Source: Thermoproteota archaeon (GTDB lineage Archaea > Thermoproteota > EX4484-205 > JAAOZP01). Taken from it: DNA of 14,661 nucleotides. The position numbers and the translations under genes were made by a program. The notes beneath the pieces were generated by a model, which was not told where the DNA came from, searched no databases, and saw only the letters and a list, made by a program, of their open reading frames with translations. The stretch is taken from contig JBNAVT010000037.1 in NCBI GenBank assembly GCA_049700215.1, forward strand, positions 1 to 14,661, given 5' to 3'. Position 1 is the first letter of the stretch. Each line of letters opens with the position of its first letter. Positions 6,373-13,353 of the stretch are shown in pieces.

Positions 6373-8265
6373 TTAAAAAACAGTTTTTAAATATGATCCG
6401 CATAAGCATCTTTCTTCAGAAACAGGGTTAATCCTGCCGCAGCTTGCACACATTGTTTTCGGAGAATGCATGAGGAAGCTGATCCTACCTGCTTTCCTCA
6501 GGACCCCAAGCTCCTCTAAACCCTGAAGATGAATAATGTTAGACTCAGGCGTAAGGCTCTTAAGCCTGGATTCAAACCTGAACCATTCTTCGAAAGCCGT
6601 GTTCCTCGGGAAAACGTTCACACGGCTTCCTCCAAACCTCTGCGCAGCCTCCTCGTGGCTCACAAGGCTGACGAGCACCCTGTTCTCCCTCTTGGAAGAC
6701 TTATGGATAAGCTCGTTAACCCCTTTAACGATCTTCTCAGCCTCCGGGAAACTGGTGGAAACATCCTGAGAGTCAACGAGCCTGCAGGCAGCGTCGTAAA
6801 GCCCGGTTAACTCTATTATTGAGCAGCTTTTCTCCGAGAGGAAGTATGTTTCACCGTTAACCCTGCTCGACAGGGGGAGGAGCTTCCTGTCCTCCATGAT
6901 GCTTCTCAAACTCTCCCTCTTAAGCTCGAAAGCCTCGATGATCCTGCTCACGATCTCGCTCAGGTTTTTCCAGAAGGCGTCCTCGTTCAGAGAGGAGTTT
7001 TCAAGAATACGCGGCAGGTTCAGGCTTACAGAGCTCAAGATACCTGTTCTAACATAGTTGCCGGCGGCATCGTTTAAAACAGCAAGATGGTAAGTGGGAC
7101 AGGAGTTTTGAGAACCCGCTAGCACGAGGGCGCCTCCAGCGTTTAAAATCTTCGCTAAACTGCTCGCGAAGCCCTCTTCAAAAACCTTCCTGTCGTAGCC
7201 GACGAGCGAGAGAGAAAAACTGGATAAAACCGTTTTCTCAGCTATTTCCCCAAGCCTTCTCAAGAGCTCGGAGGCAATGGATTCCAGCTCCACGCTTAAA
7301 ATAATGTTCCACCTCCTCTGGCTTATCGCAATGCTCTTCAAAAACTCTTCTAAAAGCTCCAGGTCCCAGCTGTCTAAGAGGAGGCTGTTCGCATGCATGG
7401 AGGAGCTGCTGAACGCCTCGACGATCCTCCACGCGGCCTGCTTAAGCGACGACTCTCCTCCGGAGAAAGCAATATACGAATGGGTTTTCAAAAGGCTTAG
7501 GCTCGCCAGCGAGTTTACAGGCTCGTCTGGCTTAAACATGAAGCTGGCTAAATGATTAATGTTAACCGTTCCACTGAGGTGCGCGTCACCCACTTCCCTC
7601 GGAAGCTTGGCGAGAAACGCGTACTGCCTTAAAACCTCTTCACCAGCCTCGTTCACAACATCGTCGAGGCTCCGCTTAACAGATATCAGCTCAGAAACGT
7701 CGTGCACAGGCAGCCCAAGCCTCGTCAACCTGTGCCTGTAATTCTCCATCTTCTTCTCAAGAAGGACAGCATTAACATACTCCCTGATAAGGGGCGCGGT
7801 TAAATACTTCACTCCGAGAGAATACAGTCTCTCCTCTATCTCCAAGGCTATTGTTTCGGCAGTATCCTGATCCATGCCGGCCTCCCTGACGAGACACTCC
7901 TCAATCCTCTTCCTTTCGAAAAGCTCGATCGACGAGTCTGTTCTCCTGACGAGGAGAACATTCTCCTTCCTCCTGAGCGATTCGAAAAGATTCATAGCAT
8001 GGTTCAGAACATCCTTGCCCAGCGGGGTTATCACGTATATCTTGTTCTCAGGCTTATACTCGACAAGCCCGTTCTCCATAAGCTTGCTCAAATGGTATGC
8101 GAACTTCCCAGCGTCGCTGAACCTGTCAAGCCTAACAGTCTTCATCAGCTCACTGTATCTGAGCGAGTTCTTCTCCAGAATTTTCAGTATTTCAACTCGT
8201 ACTGGAAACCCCAGTGCCTTGAAGATGTCGCTCAACGTTTTGAAACCCTTGTTTTCCTCCTCCAT
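6373..8265 (-). CDS. wHTH (ArsR-like) + ATP-cone + NrdD-like domain protein without a glycyl-radical motif; putative nucleotide-sensing regulator
   Basis: The N-terminus SDIFKALGFPVRVEILKILEKNSLRYSELMKTV...FAYHLSKLMENGLV looks like an ArsR-type winged helix. VLLVRRTDSSIELFERKRIEECL...LTAPLIREYVNAVLLEKK looks like an ATP-cone. LPREVGDAHLSGTVNINHL resembles the NrdD 'aH..G.ihiHDl' block with HDL degraded to NHL. The C-terminal CASCGRINPVSEERCLCG is a Zn ribbon, and the protein ends 8 aa later with no RVxGY motif. ATG 8265 is preferred over GTG 8283 because the TATA TTAAAATA (8304-8297) predicts a transcription start near 8275. Confidence 0.65.
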   Translation of the reverse strand: MEEENKGFKTLSDIFKALGFPVRVEILKILEKNSLRYSELMKTVRLDRFSDAGKFAYHLSKLMENGLVEYKPENKIYVITPLGKDVLNHAMNLFESLRRKENVLLVRRTDSSIELFERKRIEECLVREAGMDQDTAETIALEIEERLYSLGVKYLTAPLIREYVNAVLLEKKMENYRHRLTRLGLPVHDVSELISVKRSLDDVVNEAGEEVLRQYAFLAKLPREVGDAHLSGTVNINHLASFMFKPDEPVNSLASLSLLKTHSYIAFSGGESSLKQAAWRIVEAFSSSSMHANSLLLDSWDLELLEEFLKSIAISQRRWNIILSVELESIASELLRRLGEIAEKTVLSSFSLSLVGYDRKVFEEGFASSLAKILNAGGALVLAGSQNSCPTYHLAVLNDAAGNYVRTGILSSVSLNLPRILENSSLNEDAFWKNLSEIVSRIIEAFELKRESLRSIMEDRKLLPLSSRVNGETYFLSEKSCSIIELTGLYDAACRLVDSQDVSTSFPEAEKIVKGVNELIHKSSKRENRVLVSLVSHEEAAQRFGGSRVNVFPRNTAFEEWFRFESRLKSLTPESNIIHLQGLEELGVLRKAGRISFLMHSPKTMCASCGRINPVSEERCLCGSYLKTVF

Positions 8266-8598
8266 CTTGATAATAATCTGCACAATAAGGTAAAACTATT
8301 TTAACTTAATGCTGAGGCTAACCCTCTCATTCTCATGCGAAAAAGGCGTGTTTACTACTGCACTGGAGAACAAGTCTGTTTAAAACCGTGTCGAGAGAAA
8401 TGTTTCTCAACAGTTTAAAACACAGCCTCGTTTAACCCGGCGTTTAACACCCGTATCACTGCACAAGCATCTGAGTCAAAACTCTGCTCTACTCCCGCCA
8501 CCCGGTTCGGACAGGGGTTCTCAAGCAAGCCGTAGAACGTGAAAGCACTGTTAACGAAACGCTTTTAAGCCTGTTGGCTAAAGCAAGCCTTAAGGGGC

Positions 8599-8738
8599 GG
8601 GGGCGTGGGCTAAAAGTTTCCCCCAAGAGGGAAACCGGCTAACTTGGCAGGCTTCAGAGGAAAGCGGCCAGATGGCTCGGGCCCATGCGATCCCGGTTCG
8701 AACGCACCTGAATGATGCCGAAAATCCGGGCGCCCCCA
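8599..8738 (+). tRNA. tRNA-Pro (anticodon CGG) with three introns (29, 16 and 22 nt)
   Basis: The acceptor stem is GGGGGCG (8599-8605) / CGCCCCC (8731-8737) with discriminator A73. The predicted introns are 8614-8642 (position 15/16), 8656-8671 (27/28) and 8703-8724 (59/60). The spliced 73-nt cloverleaf reads GGGGGCG UG GGCU AACUUGGCA GGCU U CAUGG CUCGGGC CCAUG CGAU CCCGG UUCGAAU CCGGG CGCCCCC A. The T-loop intron sits in a perfect hBHBh' whose outer helix is the T stem. A TATA CTTTTAAG lies at 8562-8569. CCA is not encoded. Confidence 0.8.
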
Positions 8739-8906
8739 TCGCTTGCAATAAATTGTCTCCTGTTTAAAAGCGATAGTTATCCACTTGCTAGTTACTTAAC
8801 ATGCGCTTAATTTTAACCTTCTCAATTCCGCCTCGAACTTGAACCTTAATTCATACTTATGATACCTGTTACATTTAACGATAAAGTTAAATCAATTGAA
8901 TGTTTA

Positions 8907-9000
8907 TGGGGGCACTGGGATTCGAACCCAGGTCTCGTGGGGTCTCGGAATTTTTAATCTCCCAAGCCACGGAGCCTAGACCATGCTAGCCGATGCCCCC
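8907..9000 (-). tRNA. tRNA-Pro (anticodon UGG) with a canonical 37/38 intron (19 nt, 8942-8960)
   Basis: The minus-strand RNA reads GGGGGCA UC GGCU AGCAUGGUCUA GGCU C CGUGG CUUGGG[AGAUUAAAAAUUCCGAGAC]C CCACG AGAC CUGGG UUCGAAU CCCAG UGCCCCC A. The BHB has central helix CUUG/CGAG, bulges GGA and ACC, and the anticodon stem as outer helix. A TATA TTTTTAAA lies at 9021-9028 on the minus strand. Confidence 0.9.
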
Positions 9001-9105
9001 GGCAGATTTCCCCCCTGTAATTTAAAAAGATTTTGTTTCGGATAATGTGAGATGATGCGGAGTGTCTAAAACACTTTAAGGAATTATTTTGCTGCATTTA
9101 AAGAA

Positions 9106-9214
9106 TGCCGGAGGCGGGTCTCGATCCCGCGACCTCCAGATTATGAGTCTCATCAACCCCTTAGGGTTCTGGCGCTTTAGCCTCCTAGGGTCTAGCCATC
9201 TGAGCTACTCCGGC
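9106..9214 (-). tRNA. tRNA with anticodon CAU (elongator Met or Ile2) with two introns (15 nt in the D arm, 20 nt in the anticodon stem)
   Basis: The acceptor stem is GCCGGAG/CUCCGGC with A73. The spliced form reads GCCGGAG UA GCUC AGAUGGCUA GAGC G CCAGA CUCAUAA UCUGG AGGUC GCGGG AUCGAGA CCCGC CUCCGGC A (74 nt). The introns are about 9177-9191 (ACCCUAGGAGGCUAA) and about 9148-9167 (ACCCUAAGGGGUUGAUGAGA). Their boundaries were inferred from the cloverleaf, because the BHB motifs are relaxed. A TATA lies at 9242-9248 on the minus strand. Confidence 0.8.
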
Positions 9215-9328
9215 ACCCTTTTTCTTCAAGGGAGAACCGGGTTTTAAATTTTTATCCAAGTATCTGTATAAACACCCGTTTTAAGCGCGGGCTAAGCTAG
9301 CTGTGTCAACCCGTTTTCTAACCTGCGC

Positions 9329-9700
9329 CTAGGCTTGCTCCAGGCTTGGGAACCCGAGCGCCTTCAAGACGAGTCTCAAGCCTTCTTCAGTAACCTTCTG
9401 CCCAGACACGACTCTGCTTCTCTCAGGGTGAATTATAAACCCCTTGTACATCCCGCCCATGTTGATGATGTAGAAAACCTGTATTACGAATATCAGCATG
9501 TTGAGCTGTTTACTCGTAAGCCTCTCGAGAAGCAGCCTCTCTGTTTTCAAGGATATTGCACATCTCTTCCTGAGGCTCTCGACGAGGCTCTCCCTGTCCT
9601 CATCCATAACCGCCACCACGTCCGCCACTGTTAAACCCTGCTCCTTAAGATAGTCGTCAACAGCCTTCTTAAGCGGGATAAAGTAGCTTGGAAGGCTCAT
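9329..9700 (-). CDS. Hypothetical protein (123 aa), probably co-transcribed with asnS
   Basis: The ATG at 9700 is only 7 nt downstream of the asnS stop (9708-9710). There is one central hydrophobic segment (LNMLIFVIQVFYIINMGG). No family was recognised. Confidence 0.5.
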   Translation of the reverse strand: MSLPSYFIPLKKAVDDYLKEQGLTVADVVAVMDEDRESLVESLRKRCAISLKTERLLLERLTSKQLNMLIFVIQVFYIINMGGMYKGFIIHPERSRVVSGQKVTEEGLRLVLKALGFPSLEQA

Positions 9701-9707
9701 TTCAGCC

Positions 9708-11009
9708 TCATGGGTAGACGATCGTCCGCGTCCGGGGATACGGGACCGCGTACTTAATACTGGGCAGCCGCAGAATATGGGCTAGGAGCCTTTCAAACCC
9801 TAGGCCGAAGCCTGAATGCGGGACTGAGCCGTACTTCCTGAGGTCAAGATACCAAGCGTAGTCCTCAGGATTATAGCCTGACTCCACTATTCTATTCAAG
9901 AGAACATTATGGTCGTCAATCCTCTGCCCGCCGCCGATTATCTCACCGTACGGCCAGACCAGAAGGTCTGCTGCAAGCACAACCCTGGGGTCCCCGGGGT
10001 CAGGCATATGGTAGAAGGCTCTGACCTCCCTAGGGTAGTGGGTCACGAAAACCGGTTGCCCAACCTTGGTGGCGATAATCTTCTCCTCCCTGACGCCTAG
10101 GTCCCTGCCCCACTCCATCTCCACGCCGCTGCTCCTCAAGAGCTCAACAGCCCGCGTGTAGGTTATTCTCTTAAAGGGTTTTTCGAAAGGCTTGAAACCA
10201 GGGTTGAACCTTTCAACATCCTCCCTGTGCTTCTCGTAGAATTCTCCAACAACCTCCGTAAGCATGTCCTCCTCAAGCTGGAGCAGCTGGTGGAAATCCA
10301 TGTTGCAAGCTTCAACCTCGAGATGCCAGTATTCCGAGAGGTGTCTCCTCGTCTTAGACTCCTCCGCCCTGAAGCTCGGCTGGAAGCAGAAGACTTTTTC
10401 AAGCGAGAAGATCGCGCTCTCAAGATAGAACTGTGAGCTCTGAGTCAGGAAAGCCTTCTTGTCGAAATACTTGACTTCAAACATTCTCGCACCCCCCTCG
10501 GTTGCAGCAGTAACTATCGATGGCGCGCTGACCTCGTAGTAGCCGTGGTCTAGAAGCCACTGCCTCAGCATTGTTGAAAGAGAAGACCTGAGCTTCAAAA
10601 CAGTAGTCATGGTTCTGCCGCGTATGAAAAGATGACGGTACTTCCACACGGTTTCAGGGGGCATGTTCCTCCTTAAGGGAGGATCCTCCAGAGAGGGCGA
10701 CACTATCCTTACGGCTTCAGCCAGAAGCTCAACACCCCCGGGGGCGCGGGCATCCCTCCTGACAAGCCCCTCGACAACGAGCGAGGATTCTCTCCTAAGC
10801 CTCTTAACCTGGTCGAAAACCTGCTCCCCAACCATGTTCCTCTTGACGACGGCCTGCACCACGCCGGTGGAGTCCCGGACCCTTAGGAAAACCAGTTTGC
10901 CGACAGTATTCTTCACGTAGAGCCAGCCGCGGATCCTAGCTCTGCCTCCGACGAGGCTCGCTAAGCCTGCGACACGCTGCTCCTCCACGTCGCGGGATTC
11001 AGGGGTCAA
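9708..11009 (-). CDS. asnS: Asparagine--tRNA ligase (class IIb aaRS; AspRS paralogue is less likely)
   Basis: Motif 2 region FRAEESKTRRHLSEYWHLEVE, AFLTQSSQFYLE (lacks the AspRS QSPQ proline) and motif 3 YGSVPHSGFGLGFERL (the PHSGFG form typical of AsnRS; AspRS has PHGGFG). There is an N-terminal OB-fold anticodon-binding region. Start is TTG 11009, with GTG 10988 as an alternative. Confidence 0.75.
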   Translation of the reverse strand: MTPESRDVEEQRVAGLASLVGGRARIRGWLYVKNTVGKLVFLRVRDSTGVVQAVVKRNMVGEQVFDQVKRLRRESSLVVEGLVRRDARAPGGVELLAEAVRIVSPSLEDPPLRRNMPPETVWKYRHLFIRGRTMTTVLKLRSSLSTMLRQWLLDHGYYEVSAPSIVTAATEGGARMFEVKYFDKKAFLTQSSQFYLESAIFSLEKVFCFQPSFRAEESKTRRHLSEYWHLEVEACNMDFHQLLQLEEDMLTEVVGEFYEKHREDVERFNPGFKPFEKPFKRITYTRAVELLRSSGVEMEWGRDLGVREEKIIATKVGQPVFVTHYPREVRAFYHMPDPGDPRVVLAADLLVWPYGEIIGGGQRIDDHNVLLNRIVESGYNPEDYAWYLDLRKYGSVPHSGFGLGFERLLAHILRLPSIKYAVPYPRTRTIVYP

Positions 11010-11040
11010 GTCAGACTGGTTCCTACGGCGGTCCCTACGG

Positions 11041-11074
11041 ATATAAACGTATCTTGGGGCTAAACAGTTTTAAC
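11041..11074. promoter_or_regulatory. Divergent promoter region: TATA TTTATAT (minus strand, asnS) and GTTTTAAC (plus strand, dys)
   Basis: ATATAAA at 11041-11047 is about 27 nt from a predicted minus-strand start near 11018. GTTTTAAC at 11067-11074 is centred about 27 nt upstream of ATG 11098, which implies a leaderless dys mRNA. Confidence 0.45.
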
Positions 11075-11097
11075 CAGGGGCGGGAGCATTTCTCGCC

Positions 11098-12033
11098 ATG
11101 AGTAGGGAAGTTGTTGACTACAGGCTGGAAGGGGTTAAAGATTTCTCGGAGCTTCTTGGCAGAATGGGGCAGGGATGGGGGTTTGAGGCAGCGCAGCTTG
11201 CGAGGGCCCACGAGATCATGCTTGAAATGGTTAGGGACAGGGAGTGCGTTAAATTCCTGTCTCTGACTGCAAACATTGTTTCAACAGGCTTGAGGGGAGT
11301 CATTGCTGAAATGGTTGAGAAAGGGCTGTGCGACGTCATAGTAACCACGGGCGGGACCTTTGACCACGACATCGCTAAAAGCATGAGGAAATACTACAGG
11401 GGGGAGTTCATCATGAACGACAGGGATTTGAGGAAGAAGGAAACCCATAGGCTTGGAAACATCCTTATTCCGCAGGACTCCTACGGGGTGGCGATCGAAT
11501 CCTTCACAATACCCCTGCTTAGAGAAATAACGAGGGAGAAGAAGGTTTTCAGCAGCAGAGAGCTTGCGGAGGAGGTTGGGAAAAGGCTGAAAGACAGGAA
11601 CTCGATACTCCGGGCAGCGTACGAGAAGAAAGTGCCTGTCTACACGCCTGGGCTTGTCGACTCAGCGTTCGGCACGCAGCTCTTCATATTCTCGCAGACG
11701 AACGAGTTCAGCCTGAACCTTTTGAAAGACATGAAGGAGCTTTCAGACATTGTTTTCTCCTCCAGGAAAACCGGCGCTCTAATACTCGGGGGAGGAATAA
11801 GCAAGCACCACACTATCTGGTGGAACCAGTTTAAAGGAGGGTTGGACTACGCTGTCTCCCTCACGACAGCATACGAGTTCGACGGAAGCCTCTCGGGAGC
11901 AAGGCTCGAGGAAGCAATAACCTGGAACAAGGTTAGGGAGAACGCTGCCATAGCGCTCGTCCACGTGGATGTCACGCTGGCCCTACCTCTTCTGCTTGCA
12001 GCGGTCTACGAGGAGACAGGGGGAAGAGGCTGA
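11098..12033 (+). CDS. dys: Deoxyhypusine synthase
   Basis: 311 aa with typical DHS blocks: LSLTANIVSTGLRGVIAEMV, DVIVTTGGTFDHDI, HRLGNILIP, ALILGGGISKHH and DGSLSGARLEEAITWNK. Confidence 0.9.
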   Translation: MSREVVDYRLEGVKDFSELLGRMGQGWGFEAAQLARAHEIMLEMVRDRECVKFLSLTANIVSTGLRGVIAEMVEKGLCDVIVTTGGTFDHDIAKSMRKYYRGEFIMNDRDLRKKETHRLGNILIPQDSYGVAIESFTIPLLREITREKKVFSSRELAEEVGKRLKDRNSILRAAYEKKVPVYTPGLVDSAFGTQLFIFSQTNEFSLNLLKDMKELSDIVFSSRKTGALILGGGISKHHTIWWNQFKGGLDYAVSLTTAYEFDGSLSGARLEEAITWNKVRENAAIALVHVDVTLALPLLLAAVYEETGGRG

Positions 12034-12191
12034 GCCACGCCTGCTCAGACAGGGCTGCCGCTCGTAAAGACAGCTCTCTCCCAAGTCGTCTAGGCGCGCT
12101 GTTGAAAACACTGGTTTAACAGCGGCTGACGTGAAAGTACGTTCAACGCTGCTACAGCCTCAGGCTCAGAAGCCGCGTTGGGGGGCTAGAG

Positions 12192-12545
12192 TTGAGCGTT
12201 CCCGCAGGCAGCTCCGCCGAAGCCGTCCAGCGTCTTGAAGCGTCTTCCCTAAGCCTCTGGTCCCTGGAGAACCCGTGTCTCCACACGCTTAGGAGCGAAA
12301 TCACGCGTGGCGGCATTGTTGCCGACAAGACTGATACTAATATAGGAATATGCTCAATAGTGGCCGTGGGCAACAGCAACCCTGTTTCCGAGGGGAAGTA
12401 TATTGGGAACCAGCGGAGGGTTCACGAGGGACGCGCGATGGCTGTTATCCGCTCCAGCGGTGAACCGGGGGAAATCGTTCTAACCGCCGCCGCAGACGGA
12501 ATCCCGCCTGTCAGCGTAACCATTCAAGCCAGGAGACAGAGCTGA
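12192..12545 (+). pseudogene. Remnant of a glycoside hydrolase (GH2-type beta-galactosidase) C-terminal beta-sandwich domain
   Basis: The last ~60 aa, SIVAVGNSNPVSEGKYIGNQRRVHEGRAMAVIRSSGEPGEIVLTAAADGIPPVSVTIQA, resemble the C-terminal 'GNGDP.SHE...N.R.AFNG....IVQS....G.I.LTA...GL....V.I' block of GH2 enzymes as I remember it. Less than 0.5 kb of space separates it from dys, so the ~800-aa catalytic part is absent. Confidence 0.4.
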
Positions 12546-12602
12546 ATACAGTGGTCGAAACCACTGGTTAAACCCGCAGCCATAAACCTTAGGGTGAAAA
12601 CA

Positions 12603-12630
12603 GCGGGCCCGGAGGGATTTGAACCTCATA
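12603..12630 (-). pseudogene. tRNA 3'-fragment-like sequence (T-arm plus acceptor 3' strand); possible att remnant
   Basis: The minus strand reads GAGGUUCAAAUCCCUCCGGGCCCGC followed by UGUUUU. GGUUCAAAUCC is the canonical T-loop context, but the T stem is one G short. No matching 5' acceptor strand, D arm or anticodon arm can be built from the upstream sequence. Confidence 0.4.
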
Positions 12631-12681
12631 AGCCTGTCGCAAGAAAAACCTCTTTCCCCTGGTGTACAGGTCTTCAACCGC

Positions 12682-13353
12682 TTACTTAGCAGGTGGATGA
12701 TCTAACCACAAGAAAACCTCCTGTTTTTCTGTATCCACGTCTAGGATTGTTAATTCCTCAGCGTTGTCCTCCATACTATATCCTAAGATGCAGGTTGCAA
12801 TCTTATATTCAATGAGCTTATTGGCAAGGAAATGAATATATTCCAAAAGGGGTTCCAGATCGCAATTCCTCGCCCTCACAATTATCTTGTTAAAGCGCTC
12901 CGATTCTAGTTCACAGAATATTACAGTTGTTGGGATCACCACTAAACTCCTTCCACTTTCTAATAGAGGCTTGACTCTGGGATGATTCTTAAACTTCTGA
13001 ATGAGACTTTGCTCACGCATTTCATAGGCTTCTTTAACAAACGATAGACTGTTTCTATATGCTCTCTCGTTTGAAGCCATGCGATCGTATAGGTTAACGG
13101 TAACAAAGTATATCTTGTCCGCCTTGGCTAACGCAGTGTCAAAGAGACTGTTGACCAAGCCTTCTAAATCTTTAAGTTTGCTCACGTACACCGTGATTTC
13201 GAAAAGTATGTTCTCATATCTACCATCCACCGTGATGGAAAATTCCTCCGTTGTGGTTCTCCATCTCTTGTTTAGGTATGCCCGCACGTTCCTTTCAGCT
13301 AATTCCGGGTCGTCGCCCCATCCCCAAACTCTAGCCCTTTCCATCCTTCTCAC
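12682..13353 (-). CDS. Hypothetical protein (223 aa) in the low-GC island
   Basis: Uninterrupted ORF whose start overlaps the stop of the LAGLIDADG gene by 23 nt (an alternative ATG at 13344 overlaps by 14 nt). No motif was recognised. Confidence 0.55.
   Translation of the reverse strand: MRRMERARVWGWGDDPELAERNVRAYLNKRWRTTTEEFSITVDGRYENILFEITVYVSKLKDLEGLVNSLFDTALAKADKIYFVTVNLYDRMASNERAYRNSLSFVKEAYEMREQSLIQKFKNHPRVKPLLESGRSLVVIPTTVIFCELESERFNKIIVRARNCDLEPLLEYIHFLANKLIEYKIATCILGYSMEDNAEELTILDVDTEKQEVFLWLDHPPAK

Noticed and set aside
6086-6390. ORFs 6086..6310 (minus strand) and 6187..6390 (plus strand)
   Set aside because: They overlap the 5S rRNA gene and its promoter, and show no protein features.
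9050-9100. C/D-box sRNA-like string (AUGAUGC ... CUGC) downstream of a TATA-like element
   Set aside because: Both boxes deviate at a conserved position (C box ends in C, D box reads CUGC). There are no C'/D' boxes, and the spacing is too short for guide regions.
12603-12684. Plus-strand reading as an intron-containing tRNA-Asp(GUC): GCGGGCC, D-arm GAGG/CCUC, UAAGC-CUGUCGC ... GCUUA
   Set aside because: The apparent D arm is just the reverse complement of a T arm and lacks G18G19. There is no credible T arm and no 3' acceptor strand downstream. The fit is a coincidence produced by the palindromic GCGGGCCCGC.
12640-12720. Direct repeat CAAGAAAA(A)CCTC at 12640-12652 and 12709-12720 as a possible att core
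   Set aside because: It is only 12-13 nt and imperfect. The second copy lies inside the 223-aa ORF, and the true partner att site should be at the far end of the island, outside the window.
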